Shown piece after piece: positions 45,029 through 56,024 of a DNA stretch of 64,000 bases (positions are counted from its first letter, which is position 1; each line of letters starts with the position of its first letter). The notes beneath the pieces were generated by a model. It was not told the DNA's origin. It was given only the letters and a program-made list of their open reading frames with translations, and did not search any database. Location of the stretch: NCBI GenBank assembly GCA_045648885.1, contig JAZROV010000003.1, positions 3,179-67,178 of the forward strand, written 5' to 3'. The DNA comes from Candidatus Enterousia sp. (GTDB lineage Bacteria; Pseudomonadota; Alphaproteobacteria; Rs-D84). A program made the translations under genes and the position numbers.

Positions 45029-46455
45029 TAAAAAAGTGGTTGATAGAAAAAGGTTTTAAAATCGTTATCGGCGCAATTTTGTTGGGCGTTGGTATATGGT
45101 ATTTATCTTCGTCTATTGGTGGTGCTTCTTTGTCATACACATCGATGGATACATTTATGCATCAAATTGATAATGGCACCGATGCATATGGTGTCCCGGG
45201 CTGTTTCTTGTGCAAATATATTGGCGATTTGTTTGCGACATTGGGCCGCGCAACAGAAATGTTCTGGAATGGCATAGTTCATAATTTATGGATATTGATG
45301 GCCATTGGTTTTGGTATTTTCTTAATATTTCATACTTTGAAATTTTTGCGCGAACAGGCCACATCCAAAGATATCAAAGATTTAACCGACGCGGAACCCA
45401 AATTAGATTTCAAAAAATGGTTTGATCAAGTCTGGAAAACAGGCGTTCGTGTTTTAATGGTCGGTGCGCTAATTGGTGCGTTGAATTGGTCTGGGACCGG
45501 GGCATTGCGAACAATGACAAATATAACTGTGACGCCGGTTATGTATATGGGGTCTGCGCTTTCTATGGGCGCGACCGGCGTAATCAGCGATGCACAATGC
45601 GAAATAACAACTACTGCGCAAAACCCTGATGACATTTTAAATCCAGTATTAAAACCGTTTATGTGTGTTATTGGTAATTTGAATACGGTTATGTTGGCAG
45701 GCGCAGGTGGTGGTTTTGCACTGATGAATTACGCATGGATGGGCATGGGCGGTGGTGTCTTTACCTGGGTTGCAGGGTTGGCATTGGTTATTATGTTTTT
45801 AATTATCGGTTTTGATTTATTGTTCCAGGTTTTAACTGTGATTTTCAAATTGATATTCATAATAATATTTATGCCGATTTTATTAGCTGCTGTCGCATTT
45901 GAACAGGTCTGGGCATTGGCCAAAGGTTTAATGAATTCTGCAATAAATATGCTGGTAAATTCTGCGGTCAGTATATTGAGAATCAGTTTGAAAATTTGTA
46001 TTGTTTATGCTGTTGTTTATTTTTCTGCATCACAATATGGTTTCACAACTATTTTACCACCATTGTTGGGAAATGTCAGGAACGAAACATTCACTGAAAA
46101 ATCACAAATGGTATTCGATGCATTTTCAACCTGTGAAAAGACAGCATTGGTTGATGGCGAAATAAACAAAGAGAAATTTAAAATATGTTTTGAACAACAA
46201 CGCAGTTCCATTGTCGCACAATATCCAGATGCTTTTGATTTCATGTCAGACGGTCTGGGATTTTTATTATTTATGATTGGTGTGGCGTTCCTTTATTTCT
46301 GGATAATATCACCAAAGATAGATGGATTGTTGGGCAAAGATGGCAAAGAAACATTTGATTATGGTCAATGGGTAAAAGATTTTGGCAAAGCGTCTGTGAA
46401 TGCGCCGCATACTGTGTACACCAAAGTCAAAGAAATTATGGACAAAGGAAAATAA
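45025..46455 (+). CDS. Polytopic membrane protein, VirB6/TrbL-like paralogue d
   Basis: ATGA start/stop overlap with c. GCFLCKYIGDLF motif. Central IIIFMPILLAAVAFEQVWALAKG. Confidence 0.55.
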   Translation: MIKKWLIEKGFKIVIGAILLGVGIWYLSSSIGGASLSYTSMDTFMHQIDNGTDAYGVPGCFLCKYIGDLFATLGRATEMFWNGIVHNLWILMAIGFGIFLIFHTLKFLREQATSKDIKDLTDAEPKLDFKKWFDQVWKTGVRVLMVGALIGALNWSGTGALRTMTNITVTPVMYMGSALSMGATGVISDAQCEITTTAQNPDDILNPVLKPFMCVIGNLNTVMLAGAGGGFALMNYAWMGMGGGVFTWVAGLALVIMFLIIGFDLLFQVLTVIFKLIFIIIFMPILLAAVAFEQVWALAKGLMNSAINMLVNSAVSILRISLKICIVYAVVYFSASQYGFTTILPPLLGNVRNETFTEKSQMVFDAFSTCEKTALVDGEINKEKFKICFEQQRSSIVAQYPDAFDFMSDGLGFLLFMIGVAFLYFWIISPKIDGLLGKDGKETFDYGQWVKDFGKASVNAPHTVYTKVKEIMDKGK

Positions 46456-46458
46456 AAA

Positions 46459-47739
46459 ATGCAATTAAAAACATTTTTTAAACGTTTGTTTATCGCCATT
46501 GTATGTGTGGTTGGTGTATATGGTGCATCATATGCGGCTGGAAACATGCCTTTGGGCGAAGTTGGCGAATATGGCGCATGGATAAATGAAGACAATATGT
46601 CAGAATACAAACAAAATATTTCTGATGATTTTACAAAATTCCAACAAAATTTTGAAACGGATGTCAAAGCGCCAAACTTTGTCCCAATCGAAGTAAAATT
46701 AGGTTTAGCATTTATGAAATCTTTGTATGCGATTGATGCAGTGCTGCAAATCTCTTTGGTTCGATTCACAATTATATTTTTGTTTATTATGTATGCTTTC
46801 TGGATAGCATTAGAAGCATATAAAATGATTCGTGATTCTAATGATTATAAATCGGCTTTTTATGACATATTTAAGAAAGGAATAACTATTGCAGTATGGG
46901 TTATGATTTTAAATTATGGGCCTGCAAAAATATTTACCATGATTATCGGACCAATTATGTCAATCGGAACATATCTATCGAATTTCATTTTGGATACAAT
47001 CGCATCAAATTATGATGTAAATATTCCAGACACATGCGCGACTATCCACCAATATGTTGACGCTAATACAAATGGAAAATTGTTAATAGACGCCGATGCT
47101 GCTGCAAATATTATGTGTTTGCCCGGACGTATATCAACCTATTTTTATTACGCAACATCAACTGGTTTTAAATGGATGATTTACGGATTCACCCAGGGTA
47201 TCACTGCGATAGTTATTGGTGCGGTCTGTGTGTTTGTTTTTGTAAAATGTGTTTTCAAATATGCGTTTATGACTTTGGGTGTGGTTGCAGATTTATTTTT
47301 AACATTATTGATGTTGCCGTTCACTGCGATTGCAGAATCTATGCCATCCACCAAAGAATCAAATTATATCGGTCAAATATTCAGTGGCTTATTAAAAATA
47401 TTCAGCACAAAAAAATTATCAGATGTAATTTCTGTTTTCGTAAATGCGACAATATATTTCGTCAGTTTATCTATTATCATCGCAATTTGTGCATTGTTGT
47501 TGTCTAATGCAATCGGTTTGAACGCGGATAATTCTTATTCTGTGGCATCTGGAATGACATCTTTGTTAACAGGGTGTTTGATATTATATCTGGCGAACAA
47601 ATCTGATGAATTAGCCAAAAAAATCGGCGGTAAAATCGATAATTCATTTGGAAAAACATTACAAAGCGATGCAAAAAATTTGGTCAAACAAACAAAAGAT
47701 TTGGGTGGTAAATTGGTTAAAGCATGGGTAAAAAAATAA
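46459..47739 (+). CDS. Polytopic membrane protein, VirB6/TrbL-like paralogue e
   Basis: Starts 3 nt after the stop of d. Signal peptide. NFVPIEVKLGLAFMKSLY resembles b (APFVPLVLESMMNIATSLY). Central LLMLPFTAIAES. Confidence 0.55.
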   Translation: MQLKTFFKRLFIAIVCVVGVYGASYAAGNMPLGEVGEYGAWINEDNMSEYKQNISDDFTKFQQNFETDVKAPNFVPIEVKLGLAFMKSLYAIDAVLQISLVRFTIIFLFIMYAFWIALEAYKMIRDSNDYKSAFYDIFKKGITIAVWVMILNYGPAKIFTMIIGPIMSIGTYLSNFILDTIASNYDVNIPDTCATIHQYVDANTNGKLLIDADAAANIMCLPGRISTYFYYATSTGFKWMIYGFTQGITAIVIGAVCVFVFVKCVFKYAFMTLGVVADLFLTLLMLPFTAIAESMPSTKESNYIGQIFSGLLKIFSTKKLSDVISVFVNATIYFVSLSIIIAICALLLSNAIGLNADNSYSVASGMTSLLTGCLILYLANKSDELAKKIGGKIDNSFGKTLQSDAKNLVKQTKDLGGKLVKAWVKK

Positions 47740-49821
47740 TTAAACAAATTTTACAAAATCACGCGCTACATTTTTGATACCTGTCTTTTTAAATGCAACT
47801 GTCAATATATTTTCATTTTGCGCAATCACAACACCCGTCCCCATTTCACAATGCGACACCATTTTACCCACAACAGATTGTATTTTTTCACGCTTTGGCT
47901 TACATGTTTCTGGTGTTGCGCGGTTTTGTGTGTATTGATGCTTTTGTTCACCCTGGTTACAGATAAATTTTTCATCAATTTCTCCGATAAAACGCGACTG
48001 CGTTTGATATAAACGTTGTCCGAACAGCGACCGCACCATTGCATTAGTTATAATTAAACGAACGCGCGCACGTGTGATTGCAACATATGCCAAACGACGT
48101 TCTTCTTCTAAATCGCCTTCTTTGGTGGTTTTATCGTTCGGGAATATACCCTCTTCCCAACCTGGTAAAAACACAGTATTAAATTCCAAACCTTTGGCGG
48201 CATGAATCGTCATAATTGAAACAACGTTTTTATCTTCGTTTTCGTTGTCATTATCATCTGTCATCATTAATGCTGCATGTTCCAAAAATTCCGGCAGTGT
48301 GTCATATTTAGCAACAACTACGTTTATCAATTCACGAATATGTTCTATGCGTTCGTTTGCGTCAGTATCCTTTGATTGGCGCCACATATTTATATAGCCT
48401 GATTTTTCCAGCAATTGTTGCGTGGCATCTTTCGGAGACATATTTTGCCAATCAAAATCAAATGCGTTTAAAAATTCATCTGCGTTTATACGTTGAACAC
48501 TTGAAAGTTTTGCGTTTTTTAACCCGTCCATTAAACAGGTTCCACTTTCACGCAATTTTGCAATCGCCGCTGGTCCAATTTTACGCGATGGTTTTGAAAT
48601 AATTCTTTCGAATGATATATTATCAAATGGATATACCAATAAACGTATATATGCAATTGCATCACGAATTTCTGCACGGTCGTAAAATTTAGTCGCACCA
48701 ATCAATTTATATGGAATTTGTTTTGATGTAAATTCTTCTTCGAATGTGCGCGAAAGAGAACCCGCCCGAATCAATATCGCAAAATCAGAATAATTATTAT
48801 GTGCATTTCGAATAATTGTATCGGCGACAAAGCGCGCTTCGTCCCAATCAGACGGCACAGTGAACACATATATCAATTCACCCATATTTACATTTGGGGC
48901 GACTTTTAATTCTTTGCCCAAACGCCCCATATTATTTTTTATCAATGAATTAGCCGCCCCCAATATATTACCTGTGCTGCGATAATTAGTTTCCAAACGA
49001 ATTATTTTTGCCCCAGGATACGTTTTTTCAAATTCCAAAATATTTCTTATTTCTGCACCGCGCCAAGAATAAATCGATTGATCATCATCCCCCACACAAC
49101 AAATATTTGGTTTTTCAATGCCACGCGTCAACATTTTTAACAACATCATTTGGGATGCGTTTGTATCCTGGAATTCATCAACCAATATATATTTAAATTG
49201 ACGTTGATATTTACTTAAAATTTCAGGGTTTGATTCAAATAAACGTAAAACATCCAATATAATATCGCCAAAATCAATCGCACCCGCATCCAATAACGCT
49301 GAATTATATGCCATCAAAATTTTTCGAGCGATATCCGACATAGGTATTTTGGTAAAATCTGTGATTCCTTTGTCTTTAAAGCCCGAAATTCGTTCCACCC
49401 AATCAGACGGGTTATATTCTTTGACATCCAAACCTAAATCAGCAATAGTGCGTTTTAATATAGCCTTTTGATCATCTTCGCCATAAATCAAAAAATCACG
49501 ACGCAAACCGGCAGCCATATAATTAGACCGCAAAATACGCAAACAAATTGAATGAAATGTCCCCATCCATAAATCACCACATAAATGTGCGATTTGTTGG
49601 TATTGTGCCACACGAAAACGCATTTCGTTGGCCGCTTTGTTAGTAAAAGTTAACGCTAATATTTGCCACGGCAAAGCAGCGTTTGTATATAAAATATGCG
49701 CAATTCGCGATGTTAAAACCCGGGTCTTTCCTGTTCCTGCCCCGGACAACACCAACAAAGGCCCGTCCAGTGTCGTGACAGCCAGTTTTTGTTCATCATT
49801 CAAATCTGACATATAATCCAT
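47740..49821 (-). CDS. uvrD: UvrD/Rep/PcrA-family ATP-dependent DNA helicase
   Basis: Walker A LVLSGAGTGKT, ILVDEFQDTN, and helicase motifs V-VI (TIHAAKGLEF, RLAYVAITRAR). Confidence 0.9.
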   Translation of the reverse strand: MDYMSDLNDEQKLAVTTLDGPLLVLSGAGTGKTRVLTSRIAHILYTNAALPWQILALTFTNKAANEMRFRVAQYQQIAHLCGDLWMGTFHSICLRILRSNYMAAGLRRDFLIYGEDDQKAILKRTIADLGLDVKEYNPSDWVERISGFKDKGITDFTKIPMSDIARKILMAYNSALLDAGAIDFGDIILDVLRLFESNPEILSKYQRQFKYILVDEFQDTNASQMMLLKMLTRGIEKPNICCVGDDDQSIYSWRGAEIRNILEFEKTYPGAKIIRLETNYRSTGNILGAANSLIKNNMGRLGKELKVAPNVNMGELIYVFTVPSDWDEARFVADTIIRNAHNNYSDFAILIRAGSLSRTFEEEFTSKQIPYKLIGATKFYDRAEIRDAIAYIRLLVYPFDNISFERIISKPSRKIGPAAIAKLRESGTCLMDGLKNAKLSSVQRINADEFLNAFDFDWQNMSPKDATQQLLEKSGYINMWRQSKDTDANERIEHIRELINVVVAKYDTLPEFLEHAALMMTDDNDNENEDKNVVSIMTIHAAKGLEFNTVFLPGWEEGIFPNDKTTKEGDLEEERRLAYVAITRARVRLIITNAMVRSLFGQRLYQTQSRFIGEIDEKFICNQGEQKHQYTQNRATPETCKPKREKIQSVVGKMVSHCEMGTGVVIAQNENILTVAFKKTGIKNVARDFVKFV

Positions 49822-49898
49822 AGCGTTTTTCTATTTTCTGTATTGTAATTTATAAAAGTTTTCTATACAATCGTTTTGTTAAAACCGAACGAGATTTT

Positions 49899-50579
49899 AT
49901 GACACGTATTATATGTTTCGATATTGAAACCACAGGATTTGAATATATGCGGGGCGATCGCTGTATTGAAATCGGTGCAGTAGAATTGGTTGACGGCAAA
50001 TTGACCGACAATAATTTCCACGAATATATCAACCCAGAAGGTAAAATCATTCCGCCTGAAACATATATGGTCCACAAAATATCAAACGCTTTTTTGGAAG
50101 ACAAACCGACTATGGCGGTTATTGCGCCGAAATTTCTGGAATTTATCGGCGATTCACAAATTGTTGCACATAATGGGCTGGATTTCGACTTTCCATTTAT
50201 CAATTATGAATTATCAAAATTGAATTTACCAAATATACCACGTTCCCAGATGCTGGATTCCATCGTAATCGCACGCAATCGTGTTTTTGGACCAAAAGCG
50301 TACACTTTGGACGCATTGGCAAAATGGTTTGGTGTTTCGTTGACTGCACGTGCAGATGCACACGGCGCGTTGATTGACGCTGAAATTCTGGCACACGTTT
50401 ATCTGGAACTGGAAAACACTGCGCCGGCCATAGATATAAACGAATTGATGAAAAAACAACATGATGCGTTTTTAAAAACGCCTAAGATTGGAAATGATTT
50501 TCCACGGCGTAATTTTACTGTGCCAGACGAAGAATTAAAAATTCATAACGAATTTATGGATAAAATTTTAAACGCGTAA
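49899..50579 (+). CDS. dnaQ: DNA polymerase III epsilon subunit (DEDDh 3-prime to 5-prime exonuclease)
   Basis: Exo I ICFDIETTG, Exo II VAHNGLDFDFPF, Exo III HGALIDAEILAHVY. Confidence 0.88.
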   Translation: MTRIICFDIETTGFEYMRGDRCIEIGAVELVDGKLTDNNFHEYINPEGKIIPPETYMVHKISNAFLEDKPTMAVIAPKFLEFIGDSQIVAHNGLDFDFPFINYELSKLNLPNIPRSQMLDSIVIARNRVFGPKAYTLDALAKWFGVSLTARADAHGALIDAEILAHVYLELENTAPAIDINELMKKQHDAFLKTPKIGNDFPRRNFTVPDEELKIHNEFMDKILNA

Positions 50580-50586
50580 AAATATA

Positions 50587-52872
50587 TTACGACCCGGAAC
50601 AGGTATTATTTTCAATTTTCTGAACCGTCACACTGTGTTGTGGTTCCAATACACCACCGGTTGCAGTCCCAGTTTCACACGATACGCATGCGCCCAGATT
50701 ATTACGATATTCATTTATTGAACACGATGCCAAACACGCACCACCCCAAACAGTATAACCATCATCACATTTACAACGTGCATTTGCATATCCACCGACG
50801 GTTCTGTTTGCCGATACAGTTTGCGCAGACGCAACAAATGTCGAATTAGTCGGACACAGCAACGATTGATAGAACAAATCAGAAACAGCCTGAATTAAAT
50901 ACGCCTTTTGCAAAGTATCTATAGTTTTCAATTCCGCCGCTGATGGTTGATTTCCAGATGTATTATCAGATGCGATTCTTTCCATTTCGGCTGCAACATT
51001 TGCATCATACGCAAACACAGCGTATCCACACGTCAATGCAACATTGTAACATGCACCCGTCATGACGCTGTAAATGCTGTTTGCGTTCGCAGTTGTGCTT
51101 AACGAAGAAATCTGGGTCATCTGTTGATTATAGCAATCAGAAATATCAGACATACATGTTGATGCATAATCAGATATTACACGCGATTGGGCCGCTTTGA
51201 TATTCACCATCGCACGTTGAATGTAATTCACAACAATATCGTTATACGGTTTGTACGACGCGGTTTTACCGGTTGCAGAATACGTATAATCTTGGCATTT
51301 ATCCAAAACAGCACGACACAAACCACCATCTTTGGCAGATTGACCAGTTCCAATTTTATTCATCAAATAATTCACTATGCACGCACCATCGTGATTGCTG
51401 CACGTTGTATCCGCACTGGCCGCTTTGATAAAATCAGCAGTTATATTCGCATTGTTATAATTTTCTGTGATACCTGCAATGGCAGCGATATTGCGACCCA
51501 AAACCACATTACCATTTTCATCAATATAATTTTTAGTTGGATCCAAACATTTAACATAATCTTCACCACAAACCATATCATCCAACATGCAATTTTCGAG
51601 TGCTCCTACACACCCACGCGCATCATATTGATTTTTATTTTGCAGAACGGTTAAACGACCTTTTTGCAACATCAAATTCGCACTGCGCACATTAGACAAT
51701 AATGTCTGATTTAATTTTTCCAATCCCTGTTCATATGCAGCGCAATCTTTTACGATAGCCAAATCATAATTACCAGTAATTTGAGATTCGGTTGCACCCG
51801 CATCTTTGCATTGATTCAAAACAACTTTGCAACGTTTTGTTGCCTCTTTATACAAATCTTTGCCACGTTTTGAAGATATATCATTCGAAGAAGATGTAAA
51901 TAAATCCAGCCCAAACAAATCAGATGCGTCGGACGAAAAATCAAATTCCATATCCAACAAAGAATTTCCATTCGCAGAATATGAATATGCAGATGACGAT
52001 GTCGGATCTTTTATCATTTCTGCAATATCGTCCAACATAGAGCGTGTTTGCGTATTATCTTTGGTTTTAGATAATTCTAATTCCGCCTCAGTCGCGTTCA
52101 TAATCGCACGAATTTCATCAGCCGACAACCCCAAATATCTGATATTTTGCGCAACTTCGTTTAATTCAACATTCGCGTCTTCGACCGCCGCCTGGACCCG
52201 CGCATATTTCGCCAGATTTTCAGAACACGAACAACGCTTTTGATTTGCATCAACGACCGCACAGAATTGATCCATGCATTCATTGTATTGCTCTTGACAT
52301 GTATTATTCAAATCAGCCGTTTTTTCCAAAACATCTTTGGCCGCAGAAATAGATTCCGCAGTCGGCGTCACACTTTTCCGCGTATTTCCCAACAACGATG
52401 CACGCCCCTGGATATTGCGAATTTCTTGGTTTATGTTAGACCCAGTCTGGGTATCAGTGCCAGTAATTTTTGCACGTCCGCCCACTTCCGCAGTTGTGGC
52501 ACGCAAAACAACGCCTGCGCGACGAACCGACGGATCTGAATTGATACTGGCCGCATCAGTGCGCGCATTACGACCAACCGTATTCACTGCCGTATCCAAA
52601 GAATTGCGCGTCACAGTATTTCTTTGCGCACCACGCGAAACGACATTTACATCTGGTTTTTGATTATTTGTTCGGGCAATTGCACGTGCAACATTACGCG
52701 AAATTGCCGCTTTGTCATCTGATTTTTTTCCTGTTTCACCGTCATAAACATTTGAATTTGTTCCGACACTTGTGCGCCGCGCGCCACGATTTGTGGACGT
52801 GTCAGACACCGCCGCAAAACCATTCGCAGCAAACAAAACAGTCATGAAAAAACATAAAACTATATTTTTCAT
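50587..52872 (-). CDS. Cys-rich secreted protein, paralogue 1 (761 aa)
   Basis: Signal peptide MKNIVLCFFMTVLFAANGFA. Arg/Ser/Thr/Asn-rich low-complexity N-terminal region. Motif CQEQYNECMDQFCAVVDANQKRCSC. Cys pairs throughout, with an EGF/furin-like Cys-rich C-terminus. Confidence 0.8.
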   Translation of the reverse strand: MKNIVLCFFMTVLFAANGFAAVSDTSTNRGARRTSVGTNSNVYDGETGKKSDDKAAISRNVARAIARTNNQKPDVNVVSRGAQRNTVTRNSLDTAVNTVGRNARTDAASINSDPSVRRAGVVLRATTAEVGGRAKITGTDTQTGSNINQEIRNIQGRASLLGNTRKSVTPTAESISAAKDVLEKTADLNNTCQEQYNECMDQFCAVVDANQKRCSCSENLAKYARVQAAVEDANVELNEVAQNIRYLGLSADEIRAIMNATEAELELSKTKDNTQTRSMLDDIAEMIKDPTSSSAYSYSANGNSLLDMEFDFSSDASDLFGLDLFTSSSNDISSKRGKDLYKEATKRCKVVLNQCKDAGATESQITGNYDLAIVKDCAAYEQGLEKLNQTLLSNVRSANLMLQKGRLTVLQNKNQYDARGCVGALENCMLDDMVCGEDYVKCLDPTKNYIDENGNVVLGRNIAAIAGITENYNNANITADFIKAASADTTCSNHDGACIVNYLMNKIGTGQSAKDGGLCRAVLDKCQDYTYSATGKTASYKPYNDIVVNYIQRAMVNIKAAQSRVISDYASTCMSDISDCYNQQMTQISSLSTTANANSIYSVMTGACYNVALTCGYAVFAYDANVAAEMERIASDNTSGNQPSAAELKTIDTLQKAYLIQAVSDLFYQSLLCPTNSTFVASAQTVSANRTVGGYANARCKCDDGYTVWGGACLASCSINEYRNNLGACVSCETGTATGGVLEPQHSVTVQKIENNTCSGS

Positions 52873-52922
52873 CTCTCGCGTTTATTATATCACAAAGAAG
52901 GCGCGAAAAAAAGATGTTTATA

Positions 52923-52953
52923 TTATAAAAACGCCTGTGGGAATCCACAGGCG
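52923..52953 (-). terminator. Intrinsic terminator after rpmA
   Basis: Minus strand reads CGCCTGTGG-ATTC-CCACAGGCG followed by TTTTTATAA. Confidence 0.7.
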
Positions 52954-52976
52954 CAAATAAATAAATGTCTTATTTA

Positions 52977-53240
52977 TTATTTTGATTCTTCAGGAATGAC
53001 CGAAACAGTTTTACGATCACCATTTCCGCGTTTAAAAGAAACAATTCCTGCAATTTTGGCGAACAAAGTATGATCTTTGCCCATACCGACATTCAAACCT
53101 GGATGAACAGATGTTCCGCGTTGACGGATAATGATATTTCCAGGAATTACGCGGCTGCCGCCACTTTTCTTTACACCTAATCTGCGTCCGGCCGAATCGC
53201 GTCCGTTTGTTGATGCAGAACCAGCTTTCTTATGTGCCAT
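52977..53240 (-). CDS. rpmA: 50S ribosomal protein L27
   Basis: [25 protein letters not shown]... Confidence 0.95.
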   Translation of the reverse strand: MAHKKAGSASTNGRDSAGRRLGVKKSGGSRVIPGNIIIRQRGTSVHPGLNVGMGKDHTLFAKIAGIVSFKRGNGDRKTVSVIPEESK

Positions 53241-53271
53241 GATTAAACTCCTTACGTTCTAGATACGGGCG

Positions 53272-53571
53272 TTAGGCCTTGATTGATTTAATTTTCAACA
53301 CAGTAATAAACTGACGATGACCGGCAGTTCTGCGATAATTTTGGCGACGTTTTTTCTTGAACACCAAAACTTTGTCACTGCGTTTTTGTTCGATTACATC
53401 GGCAACAATTTTCGCACCGTCAATATATGGTGTGCCAACTTTGTCACCAACCATTAAAACCTTGTCAAATTCGACAGACCCTGTGGCGTTCAGTTTTTCA
53501 ACCTTGATAATATCGCCCTCAGAGACACGATATTGTTTGCCACCGGTTTGAAATATAGCAAATGTAGACAT
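53272..53571 (-). CDS. rplU: 50S ribosomal protein L21
   Basis: MSTFAIFQTGGKQYRVSEGDIIKVEKL... Confidence 0.95.
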   Translation of the reverse strand: MSTFAIFQTGGKQYRVSEGDIIKVEKLNATGSVEFDKVLMVGDKVGTPYIDGAKIVADVIEQKRSDKVLVFKKKRRQNYRRTAGHRQFITVLKIKSIKA

Positions 53572-53771
53572 ATTCGTTTTTCCTACTTTGGTTTGTTATT
53601 TTTGTTATTCAAATTTCGCTTTTGCACAAAATTTTATGCAAATTATACACACAAAACACCAAAAGTCAACCATTTTGTAGAAAAATTTATGCAAATTACA
53701 CAATTCCCTTTCCGCCACATTTATTAAACACAAAAAACCGCCTAAACGGCGGCGAATCTGACATCAACAAA

Positions 53772-56024
53772 TTATTTATCCCGATAGGAACGATTTCTGT
53801 CACGTTCAACCGCGGTTTTGGCAGTAGAAATATTCAAAGTCAACCCATTAACACAATCGCGAATTTGAGATTCTTTGACAGAACCTTTGTCACAAGTTTC
53901 TTGTTTTCTAAAATCTGGACTAGTGCATTTGCTAGAAAGCGTTACAGCATTACCCGCATTTCCGTCTTTGTCTGGAATACTTCCAAATATGTCTTCGGCA
54001 GCACCGACCGTCGAAACCAATTGCTGGCAAGCTTTTTTCTTCTGACTTTTTATTGAACCTTGGACAACGCTGAGATTCGAACGCAAACAATTCAACATAG
54101 TGTCTGTATCGCCCGTATAACAATTTGCGGCACCAGACAGATAAATTCCTTCTTCCCGGTCGGCACGTGATGTTGACCAAGATGAACCAGTTGAATCATC
54201 GTCTTTTTTGGCACCAGATGCTTCCAAAGTCGCTTGGAACACTGCTTTTTCCAGATGTGTTTTCAACCGACGCAATGTTGCCGCCAGATATTCATATTGT
54301 TTATACATTTGTTGCGCAACGACAGTCGTTTTCAAACCAACTATTTCTGCGATTTTGTCACGATTTGTTGTTGAATTTGTTGTTTCGCCGATATTATACG
54401 CATGTGTATCGCACATTGCATAAATCGGATTCACGAACGGACAACTTGCGTCTTCGGTCGTGCTGCCCAGTTCATCAACACAAAGTTTTTGACCACCTTT
54501 CGTTGAAATAGATTTGCTTAACCGCGCAGTTTCCAATACAGTCTGGGCTTCAGCATTATAACAAGAATCATACATATGTTTATTGGCATCAGACGGTTTA
54601 ACATTCGGTTCTGTTTGTGTCAACCAAGTACTTAAAAATTCAATATCAACCAAACCTGCGCCATTTTTACGTTTTGCACGACGCCCCAGAAAACCACTAC
54701 GTTCTACCATTTTTGAAGCGCACCCAACGACAACAGAATTTCTGGATCTGTCAACTTCACCACCTTCTTCGACCCAACTGCCATAGATTTCATCATCATT
54801 GGTCAGTTTTTTATTTACAGTGCACATTGTACAATATGATTTTATGCAATTTCTGAAACCTGTTTCATCATTTTGATGGGCAGATTTACAGGCCTGATAA
54901 TTTGAACCATATGCGTCTTTACCATCCACAGTTGGTCCAACAACCGAACGGTCGCAAACCATTGGCACACCGTCATCATAGACTAATTCGCCATTAACCT
55001 TGTACGGACAAAGGAAATTCGCCCATTCTTTGCAGGAATCACTAAGCATCATATAAATCGGTGTAATGTCAACCCCGACCAATGACGCATCGTCCAGCGC
55101 ATCATAAATTTTATCCGCTACATTATCGTATGGGTCGATAAAATCAAGCGCCAATTCGCGGAATTTTTTCACACGTTTTGGGCCACTGCAATTATTTCCA
55201 TGTGAATCACAGCCCGCATATTCAAACGCCGCAGACATAGATTTTTTCACTTCGGCCAACGACACATCGGCATCTTCGATTTCGGTCATTATTTTACCCG
55301 TCGCCTGTTGCCGCAATAAAATTTCTGCAGATATACCATCATCAATTGCATTCGTTTGGGTCGCGGTTAAATCCATTGTTGATACAGGTATTGTATTTAC
55401 AGTGTTCACTGTATTCGCCGCACTGGTCAAATTTTCAATTGCAGCCGCATTTTGTTCGCGCTGTTCTGCCAATGCGTCCTGTAATTGACGTTGAGTCTGG
55501 GCATTTTGTGCAGCCATCTGTTGTTGCATTTGCGCCATTTGTTGCGTCATATTTGATTGCATTTGTGCGATTTGCGCAGCCATTTGTTCAGACTGTGCGT
55601 TTTGTGCCGCCATATTGGCCATAGCCTGTTGTTCGTTCGCCCGCGCCGTAGAATTTGCAACCAATTGAGCCGCCATATACGACACCAATTCATTGCCATA
55701 TTGTTTGCAAGACGCATTTGATTCCACACAGCCCGCCACAATCGCAGTCGCCACATTCGCGTCAACACAACCACCATTCGCGCATTTTGGCGATGCACAG
55801 CGCATAACAATTGCATTACAATTTCCAAAATCCGCCCGCGCATTAGGTTGTGCCAAATCTGAACGACCATTGACCAAAGTGTTCCATTGATTGTTATAAG
55901 TGTTGCTGGGGTTATATGCAGTCAGATTATGTCCGGCATTTGTTGCAACGACAGCATGCGCCCCGAAATTAAGCAAAGGCGCAGAACACAAACACACTGT
56001 CAAAACACGCGATAATTTTTTCAT
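53772..56024 (-). CDS. Cys-rich secreted protein, paralogue 2 (about 750 aa) with a Gln/Ala/Met-rich coiled coil
   Basis: Signal peptide MKKLSRVLTVCLCSAPLLNFGAHA from ATG 56024. The context GAGAGATGAAAAA resembles the paralogue 1 start. Coiled-coil tract AAQNAQSEQMAAQIAQMQSNMTQQMAQMQQQMAAQNAQ. Many Cys pairs. Confidence 0.75.
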   Translation of the reverse strand: MKKLSRVLTVCLCSAPLLNFGAHAVVATNAGHNLTAYNPSNTYNNQWNTLVNGRSDLAQPNARADFGNCNAIVMRCASPKCANGGCVDANVATAIVAGCVESNASCKQYGNELVSYMAAQLVANSTARANEQQAMANMAAQNAQSEQMAAQIAQMQSNMTQQMAQMQQQMAAQNAQTQRQLQDALAEQREQNAAAIENLTSAANTVNTVNTIPVSTMDLTATQTNAIDDGISAEILLRQQATGKIMTEIEDADVSLAEVKKSMSAAFEYAGCDSHGNNCSGPKRVKKFRELALDFIDPYDNVADKIYDALDDASLVGVDITPIYMMLSDSCKEWANFLCPYKVNGELVYDDGVPMVCDRSVVGPTVDGKDAYGSNYQACKSAHQNDETGFRNCIKSYCTMCTVNKKLTNDDEIYGSWVEEGGEVDRSRNSVVVGCASKMVERSGFLGRRAKRKNGAGLVDIEFLSTWLTQTEPNVKPSDANKHMYDSCYNAEAQTVLETARLSKSISTKGGQKLCVDELGSTTEDASCPFVNPIYAMCDTHAYNIGETTNSTTNRDKIAEIVGLKTTVVAQQMYKQYEYLAATLRRLKTHLEKAVFQATLEASGAKKDDDSTGSSWSTSRADREEGIYLSGAANCYTGDTDTMLNCLRSNLSVVQGSIKSQKKKACQQLVSTVGAAEDIFGSIPDKDGNAGNAVTLSSKCTSPDFRKQETCDKGSVKESQIRDCVNGLTLNISTAKTAVERDRNRSYRDK

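Noticed and set aside
47737-47742. Back-to-back stop codons (TAATTA) of VirB6-like e and uvrD with zero intergenic distance
   Set aside because: This is real in the sequence and implies overlapping convergent transcripts, but it is more likely genome compaction than a specific regulatory device.
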